A model generated the notes under the pieces. That model was not told the origin of the DNA. It worked only from the letters and a program-made list of their open reading frames with translations, and did no database searches. 40,586 nt of DNA. It comes from Mycolicibacterium sp. (GTDB taxonomy: Bacteria; Actinomycetota; Actinomycetes; Mycobacteriales; Mycobacteriaceae). Below, piece after piece: positions 34,645-40,586 of this stretch. The position numbers and the translations under genes are program-made. The stretch is from NCBI GenBank assembly GCA_030666145.1, contig DAOUYK010000001.1, forward strand, positions 1-40,586. Direction: 5' to 3'. Each line of letters opens with the position of its first letter. Within the stretch, counting starts at the first letter, position 1.

Positions 34645-34704
34645 GTTCTTCGCTACCTGTCCTAGTGCCGTGTGGGTTCAAGGCTGCTGAGTCACTCTCG
34701 ATCC

Positions 34705-35013
34705 TCAGAAACACTCTTCCACCGCGGTGATGTCCGGGCTACCGGTGATCCGCAACGCTCGGCCGAACGCCCGCCGACGAATCGCCCCCTGCAGACACCC
34801 GGGATCGCGGTGCAGCCAAGCACCCCGCCCCGGGAGCGTTCCCGCTGCGTCGACGGTCACGGCCCAATGGCCGTTTCCACCGTCGACAGCGACAACCCGA
34901 AGCAATTCAACGGCCAACTCTCGATTTCGGCATCCGATGCAAGTCCGCACTGGTCCACCCGAAGGTTCGATCGTGTTTCTCTGCATCCGAGCCGATGTCT
35001 CACGCTGGATCAC
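34705..35013 (-). CDS. ylxR: YlxR (RnpM) family RNA-binding protein
   Basis: PVRTCIGCR, LLRVV, PGRGAWLH, C...AIRRRAF.RALR. GTG 35013 lies 5 nt after TAGACT. Confidence 0.9.
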   Translation of the reverse strand: MIQRETSARMQRNTIEPSGGPVRTCIGCRNRELAVELLRVVAVDGGNGHWAVTVDAAGTLPGRGAWLHRDPGCLQGAIRRRAFGRALRITGSPDITAVEECF

Positions 35014-35070
35014 AGGCAAGTCTAGCGCCACAGCAGTGTGGAATAGAAAATCGGTATGGCGGTGGCCCCG

Positions 35071-36126
35071 TCAGCGGTCCCCGACCGCACCGTGAGCGGA
35101 GTCCGATCTGGACTCCGACCGGGGATCCGGCTTGTCGGCGGCAGCATCGTCGCTGCGGATGTCGATACGCCAGCCGGTCAGTCTGGCCGCAAGGCGGGCG
35201 TTCTGCCCTTCCTTGCCGATTGCCAACGACAGCTGGAAGTCCGGGACAACCGCCCGGGCCGCCCGCGACCCTTCGTCGATTACCGATACCGAAACCACCT
35301 TGGCAGGTGACAGCGCGTTGGCCAAGAATCGAGCAGGATCCGCGTCGTAGTCGATGATGTCGATCTTCTCGCCGGACAATTCGCTCATCACGTTGCGAAC
35401 ACGCTGTCCCATCGGGCCGATGCAGGCGCCTTTGGCGTTGAGTCTCGGCATGTGGGACGTCACCGCGATCTTGGAACGATGCCCCGCCTCTCGGGCCACC
35501 GCAACGATGTCGACCGATCCGTCGGCGATCTCGGGGACCTCCAGTGAGAACAGCTTGCGCACCAGGTTGGGATGAGTGCGTGACAACGTGATGAGTGGCT
35601 CTCGCGCACCGCGAGATACCCCGACGACGTAGCAACGCAACCGGTCACCATGCTCGTAACGTTCGCCAGGTACCTGCTCCGCGGCGGGAATCATGCCCTC
35701 AGATCCGTTGGTCTCGCCGCCCATCCGAACCACCACGACACCGCGCGCGTTGGCGCGTGCGTCACGCTGGATAACACCGGCGACGATGTCGCCCTCGCGG
35801 GCAGAGAACTCGCCATAATTCTTCTCATTTTCGGCATCGCGAAGCCGTTGCAGGATGACCTGACGCGCGGTAGTGGCCGCGATCCGACCGAAACCCTCAG
35901 GGGTGTCGTCCCACTCGCGCAGCACGTTGCCGTCGGCATCCGTTTCGCGGGCTATCACCTTGACGATGCCGGTCTTGCGGTCGATGTCGATGTGCGCGTC
36001 AGCCTCGTGGCCTTCAGTGTGTTTATAGGCGGTCAGCAATGCCGATTTGATGGTCTCAACCACTACGTCGACCGTGATTCCCTTGTCTGCCTCGATCGCG
36101 TGCAGGGCTGCCATGTCGATATTCAC
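35071..36126 (-). CDS. nusA: Transcription termination/antitermination factor NusA
   Basis: [56 protein letters not shown]. Confidence 0.98.
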   Translation of the reverse strand: MNIDMAALHAIEADKGITVDVVVETIKSALLTAYKHTEGHEADAHIDIDRKTGIVKVIARETDADGNVLREWDDTPEGFGRIAATTARQVILQRLRDAENEKNYGEFSAREGDIVAGVIQRDARANARGVVVVRMGGETNGSEGMIPAAEQVPGERYEHGDRLRCYVVGVSRGAREPLITLSRTHPNLVRKLFSLEVPEIADGSVDIVAVAREAGHRSKIAVTSHMPRLNAKGACIGPMGQRVRNVMSELSGEKIDIIDYDADPARFLANALSPAKVVSVSVIDEGSRAARAVVPDFQLSLAIGKEGQNARLAARLTGWRIDIRSDDAAADKPDPRSESRSDSAHGAVGDR

Positions 36127-36128
36127 GC

Positions 36129-36656
36129 TCAGGCCTCCTTCCCGGATTGGCCGGACAATTCCAGCTCATGCGGATTTGGCGGTGAAAACTCCACCTGAAC
36201 AACAGCTTTGGTGATTTTTTCGAGTTTGATACCGCGGACCGCGAGCCCACCGCGGGCACCCTCGCGAACTACCAGCCCGACCATGCCTCCCTGCGTCTGA
36301 CCCAACCGCCCGGTGAGCGTCGATCCATCCGACAGCGTCATCTCCACCCTGCGTCCACTGGCCCGGCGAAAGTGCTTCTCGGTCGTCAGTGGGCGGTCCA
36401 CCCCCGGCGAAGTCACTTCGAGGACATAGGCCGCGGAGTCAAGGCCGTCGAGCAGCTCCGAGGCCATCCGGGACAGCTGAACGATCGAATTCATGTCCAG
36501 CCCGACGTCGCCGTCGGCGACCACCGTGATCCGGGGCGGCTGCGCGGCAGAGTCGATCAGGACGTCCTCAACCTCGAATCCGGCGCGCGCGAACTCTCCG
36601 TCGAGCAGTTGAGTCACCTGCCGCTGTGACGGTAACCCCGTAGACCGCTCCGTCAC
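36129..36656 (-). CDS. rimP: Ribosome maturation factor RimP
   Basis: [14 protein letters not shown]...HFRRA.GR, A.VQVEF. GTG 36656 follows GAGGAG. Confidence 0.93.
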   Translation of the reverse strand: MTERSTGLPSQRQVTQLLDGEFARAGFEVEDVLIDSAAQPPRITVVADGDVGLDMNSIVQLSRMASELLDGLDSAAYVLEVTSPGVDRPLTTEKHFRRASGRRVEMTLSDGSTLTGRLGQTQGGMVGLVVREGARGGLAVRGIKLEKITKAVVQVEFSPPNPHELELSGQSGKEA

Positions 36657-36845
36657 GACGAGCTCCTCATCTTGAGTTGTCCGGACGCGGTTCACAAGAG
36701 GATTCATGTGAAAACGCCCCATGGACCCGCGCCCCCAGGGTACGCCAGTGTAGGCAGGCCAAATTGCGAAAGTCGGCCACCACCGCCGGGCCGCCACCGA
36801 ACTCGGTCGCCGCTGACGACCCCACGGAATGGCAAGATGTTGCTC

Positions 36846-37361
36846 GTGCAGAGCCACCCGACCACCGTCAGCCGCCGACGCGTGCTCTCCGGGGTGGCCG
36901 CCCTGGTGATTCTCGGCGCAACAGCGGCGACATCGGCGGCCTGCGGCAAGACCCCATCACCACCAGCAGATCTCGACGACCTGACCAACGCACTCGGCCG
37001 CGCCCGGGCCGACAGAGAACTGGCCACCGAGGCTGCCGACGCCGATAAATCTGCCGCGAACGCACTGACTGAGGTCGCCGCCGAACGCTCGGCGCATGCC
37101 CAGGCGGTCGCAGAGGAGATCGTGCGGATGACCGGCAAAGCAGCACCGACAACCACGACCGCGTCATCGGTGCCCTCAGCGGCACCCCACCCAGCGGCCA
37201 CGGTCGGGGATGTGATCGCTGCGCTGCGCGCATCGGCCGAAAGCGCTGCGCAGGCCGCTGCGGCGCTGTCGGGCTATCGCGCGGGGCTGCTCGGGTCCAT
37301 TGCCGCGGCGTGCACGGCCTCCTACAGCGTGGCATTAGCTCCGTCGGAAGGAACGTCGTGA
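36846..37361 (+). CDS. Ala-rich putative Tat-exported lipoprotein (Rv2843-like)
   Basis: SRRRVL twin-arginine motif, hydrophobic stretch, SAAC lipobox-like, [15 protein letters not shown]. The start is GTG 36846 or ATG 36837. Confidence 0.8.
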   Translation: MQSHPTTVSRRRVLSGVAALVILGATAATSAACGKTPSPPADLDDLTNALGRARADRELATEAADADKSAANALTEVAAERSAHAQAVAEEIVRMTGKAAPTTTTASSVPSAAPHPAATVGDVIAALRASAESAAQAAAALSGYRAGLLGSIAAACTASYSVALAPSEGTS

Positions 37362-37828
37362 CTTCCCCCGGCCCCGCCCCGCCGACTCGCCCGAGTGATG
37401 CCGCCGACGGCACGCTGTTCGATGCCATCGCCACCGAGCACGCCACCATCTACGGGTACGGCATCGTGTCGGCCCATTCGCTTCCCGAAATCAACTACCT
37501 CGTCGCCGAAGCCATGGCCCAGCAGCGGGCGCGCCGGGAGGCGGCGATCGCAATACTCGACGAGGCGGGGGTCATGGCACCGCTACCCGAGGTCGGGTAT
37601 TCGCTGCCGTTTGAGGTAGACAACGCCACCGATGCGGCCAACCTCGCGGTGACGATGGAGCAAGACTCGGCCATCGCATGGCGGGCCGTCGTCGAGCAGT
37701 CTACCGATCAGCGCCTGCGGGCGTTCGCAGTTACCGCGCTGACCGATAGTGCCGTCATGGCCGCACGCTGGCGCCGCGTCCGCGGCGACACCGCGATCAC
37801 CGTCGCGTTCCCCGGCGGTTCCGAATAG
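37358..37828 (+). CDS. Ferritin-like/DUF4439 protein (Rv2844-like)
   Basis: EHATIYGYGIVSAH, LAVTMEQD...AWRAV, AFPG; GTGA overlap with the upstream gene. Confidence 0.85.
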   Translation: MTSPGPAPPTRPSDAADGTLFDAIATEHATIYGYGIVSAHSLPEINYLVAEAMAQQRARREAAIAILDEAGVMAPLPEVGYSLPFEVDNATDAANLAVTMEQDSAIAWRAVVEQSTDQRLRAFAVTALTDSAVMAARWRRVRGDTAITVAFPGGSE

Positions 37829-37846
37829 CCCGAGGCAAGCCGTGCG

Positions 37847-39589
37847 CTACCCGATCGCCGCGGCGATATCGGCTGCCGCGGCCTCGATTGAGACTTCGCG
37901 CTTCTCGCTGCTGAATCGGTCACGCAACTCGACGACACCGTCGGTCCACCCCCGCCCCACTACGACGATCCACGGCACCCCGAGCAACTCGGCATCTTTG
38001 AATTTCACGCCCGGCGATGCCTTGCGATCATCAAGGAGCACCTCGGCTCCGAGCCCATCCAACTCGGCCGCTAGCTCGGTGGCACCCTCGCGAGCGACGT
38101 CATCCTTGTTCGCGATCACCACGTGAACATCGAACGGCGACACTGACGGCGGCCAACGCAACCCGAGCTCGTCGTGATATTGCTCAGCGATGACAGCCAC
38201 CAGGCGCGACACCCCAATGCCATAGGAGCCCATCGTCAGCCGGACCGGCTTACCGTTCTCGCCGAGCACATCGGCGGTGAATGCATCGGCGTATTTGCGG
38301 CCGAGTTGGAAGACGTGGCCGATCTCGATGCCCCGCGCGGCGACCAGCGACCCCGCACCGTCGGGCGAGGGGTCCCCCTCGCGGACTTCGGCCGCCTCGA
38401 TGGTGCCGTCGGCAATGAAGTCGCGGCCCGCGACCAGTCCGACCACGTGGCGGCCCGGCTCGTCAGCGCCGGTGATCCAGCTCGTACCATCGACTATCCG
38501 CGGGTCCACGAGATAGCGAACTCCGTTGGCCAGCAAGCCCTTCGGGCCGATATACCCTTTGACAAGGAACGGGTATCTTGCGAAGTCGGCGTCGTCGAGC
38601 ATCGCGTACTCGGCCGGATCCAGTGCGGCGCCGAGACGCTTGTCGTCGACCTCGCGATCACCAGGTAGGCCGATCGCAAGCAGTTCCCACTCACCGCCGG
38701 GCTGGCGTACCTTGAGCAGTACATTCTTGAGCGTGTCCCGGGCGGTGATCTGCCGCCCGAATCCCGCGCCGTCGGCCCAGTCGACCAAGGTGGCGATTGT
38801 CGGGGTGTCACCGGTGTCGTGCACTGTCGCTTCGGGCAGGCCATCGGCCGGCCGCGCCTCGGGTACCGCAGTGATCACGGCTTCGACGTTGGCCGCGTAT
38901 CCGGACTCGAGGCAGCGCACATAGGTGTCCTCCCCGACTTCGCTTTCTGCCAAGAACTCCTCCGACGCGCTTCCCCCCATCGCCCCCGACACCGCCGACA
39001 CGATGACGTAGCGCACCGCCAGCCTGTCAAAGATCCTCTGGTAGGCAGCGCGGTGTGCCTGATAGGCGTTCTCCAGGCCTTCTTCATCAACGTCGAAGGA
39101 GTACGAATCCTTCATGATGAACTCGCGGCCACGCAAGATGCCAGCCCGAGGGCGAGCCTCGTCGCGGTACTTCGTCTGGATTTGATAGAGCCGCAGCGGA
39201 AAGTCCTTGTACGAGGAGTACTCCCCCTTCACGGTCAACGTGAAGAACTCCTCGTGCGTGGGGCCAAGCATGTAGTCGTTTCCACGGCGGTCCTTGAGCC
39301 GGAAGACGCCGTCGCCGTATTCCGTCCACCTATTCGTAGCTTCATAAGGACCGCGCGGCAACAGCGCGGGAAACAGGATTTCTTGTCCCCCAATGGTGTT
39401 CATCTCGTCGCGGACGACATTCTCGATCTTGCGAAGCACCTTCAACCCCAGCGGCAGCCAACTGTAGAGACCAGGGCCGACCGGCCGCACGTAACCCGCC
39501 CGGATCAATAGCTTGTGGCTCGGCACCTCGGCGTCGGCCGGGTCCTCACGGAGAGTGCGCAGGAACAACTCGGACATGCGGGTAATCAC
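37847..39589 (-). CDS. proS: Proline--tRNA ligase
   Basis: [27 protein letters not shown] editing domain, [18 protein letters not shown]. Confidence 0.98.
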   Translation of the reverse strand: MITRMSELFLRTLREDPADAEVPSHKLLIRAGYVRPVGPGLYSWLPLGLKVLRKIENVVRDEMNTIGGQEILFPALLPRGPYEATNRWTEYGDGVFRLKDRRGNDYMLGPTHEEFFTLTVKGEYSSYKDFPLRLYQIQTKYRDEARPRAGILRGREFIMKDSYSFDVDEEGLENAYQAHRAAYQRIFDRLAVRYVIVSAVSGAMGGSASEEFLAESEVGEDTYVRCLESGYAANVEAVITAVPEARPADGLPEATVHDTGDTPTIATLVDWADGAGFGRQITARDTLKNVLLKVRQPGGEWELLAIGLPGDREVDDKRLGAALDPAEYAMLDDADFARYPFLVKGYIGPKGLLANGVRYLVDPRIVDGTSWITGADEPGRHVVGLVAGRDFIADGTIEAAEVREGDPSPDGAGSLVAARGIEIGHVFQLGRKYADAFTADVLGENGKPVRLTMGSYGIGVSRLVAVIAEQYHDELGLRWPPSVSPFDVHVVIANKDDVAREGATELAAELDGLGAEVLLDDRKASPGVKFKDAELLGVPWIVVVGRGWTDGVVELRDRFSSEKREVSIEAAAADIAAAIG

Positions 39590-39616
39590 AGCCGACAACC
39601 TTACTGAGTCGGTCGG

Positions 39617-40586
39617 CTACAGTTCACCAGCGTCGATCGCGTCCTTGACTTCCTGTGCATGTGCCACCTGCTTGGCGGTGTAACCGATGAACAGCGCTGC
39701 AACGCCGACTATGACCGCGACCGCGGCCACCCACAACAAGCCGTAGGAGTAGCCCTGGTCCAGCGCGTGCCGCTGCGCTGCGTCCATGTTCTTCACCGGA
39801 CCGGTGGTGCCGCCAAGGTAGAGCGTGCGCGACGTGATGACCGCCTGGATGATAGCCAGCACGACCGGTCCACCGAGGCTTTGCAACATCAGCGCGATCG
39901 CCGACACCGGACCGATCTCGTCGAAGCCGACACCCGCTATGGCCGACACGGTCAGGGGCACCACGATCATGCCGATACCGAAGCCGCCGATGGTGATGGG
40001 GAGCACGAGGTTTGGGAAGTACGGAATGCCGGCATCCAGCGTCGAGCCGTACAGCATCGCCGCCAGAACCAGCACGCCGCCGGCAATCACCAGCACTCGT
40101 GGCGGGAACTTCGACACCAGCGCCGAGGACAGGCCGAGGCCGATGCCGAGCGCGATCACGAACGGGATGAACCCGATGCCCGCGCGCAGGGCGCTGTAGC
40201 CCATGATGTCCTGGACGTAGAGCCCGATCAGCACCGTCAGCGTGAACATGACGCCGCCGGCGAGGAATATCGCGCCGAACGTGGCGACCCGGTTGCGGTC
40301 GTGGAACAACGAGAACGGGACAACCGGGTTCTCCGCAGTGCGTTCGACGTAGAGGAATGCCCCCATACAGGCCAGCGCAGCGACACCGGAACCGACCGTC
40401 ACCGTCGACAGCCAGCCCTGTTCTGGCCCCATCGAGAAGGCGAATACTGCGGCGGTGCAGCCCATCGTGGCCAGCAACGCACCCGCGGCATCGAGCTTGA
40501 GCCGCTCCCTGTTGGTCTCCCGCAGTGTCTTGCGGGCCAGATAGATCATCACTAGGCCGATCGGCACGTTCACTAAGAACGCCCAT
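39617..40586 (-). CDS. efpA: MFS efflux transporter EfpA, C-terminal part (partial)
   Basis: NVPIGL, LYVQDIMGYSALRAG, IGPVSAIALMLQSLGGP, C-terminal AQEVKDAIDAGEL; sits upstream of proS as in Mtb. Confidence 0.9.
   Translation of the reverse strand, partial: WAFLVNVPIGLVMIYLARKTLRETNRERLKLDAAGALLATMGCTAAVFAFSMGPEQGWLSTVTVGSGVAALACMGAFLYVERTAENPVVPFSLFHDRNRVATFGAIFLAGGVMFTLTVLIGLYVQDIMGYSALRAGIGFIPFVIALGIGLGLSSALVSKFPPRVLVIAGGVLVLAAMLYGSTLDAGIPYFPNLVLPITIGGFGIGMIVVPLTVSAIAGVGFDEIGPVSAIALMLQSLGGPVVLAIIQAVITSRTLYLGGTTGPVKNMDAAQRHALDQGYSYGLLWVAAVAVIVGVAALFIGYTAKQVAHAQEVKDAIDAGEL

Noticed and set aside
39624-40586. 320-aa alternative-frame ORF overlapping efpA
   Set aside because: Arg-rich, GC-bias artefact; the efpA frame is intact.

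Overview
High-GC mycobacterial (Mycobacterium/Mycolicibacterium-like) chromosomal segment, syntenic from memory with M. tuberculosis Rv2748c-Rv2846c. Gene order: ftsK (5' part), ABM-SDR-methyltransferase operon, rnj, dapA, thyX, AlkZ/YcaQ-like gene, dfrA, thyA, citE-like gene, flavodoxin, TPR gene, dapB, a small accessory patch with a decayed [NiFe]-hydrogenase maturation cluster (hypF fragment, hypA, hypB), aldR/ald, ychJ, DUF4334, pepR, pnp, rpsO, ribF, sirR, SRPBCC, truB, pptT, pptH, cocE, DUF1802 remnant, DUF2277, echA, methyltransferase, nrnA/cnpB, rbfA, infB, ylxR, nusA, rimP, two envelope genes, proS and efpA (3' part). I found no rRNA, tRNA, CRISPR array or intact mobile element, and no clearly novel multi-gene system. 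The most unusual signals are: (i) three chained stop/start-overlapping micro-ORFs in the infB leader; (ii) a 32-bp-period duplication between thyA and dfrA that forms an ATGA-coupled mini-ORF relay; (iii) several deletion scars (a possible TraG/VirD4-like fragment fused to the 3' end of the citE-like gene, eroded hyp genes, an internally deleted DUF1802 gene); (iv) many probable leaderless promoters. All family assignments are by motif recognition and recalled synteny, with no database searches.
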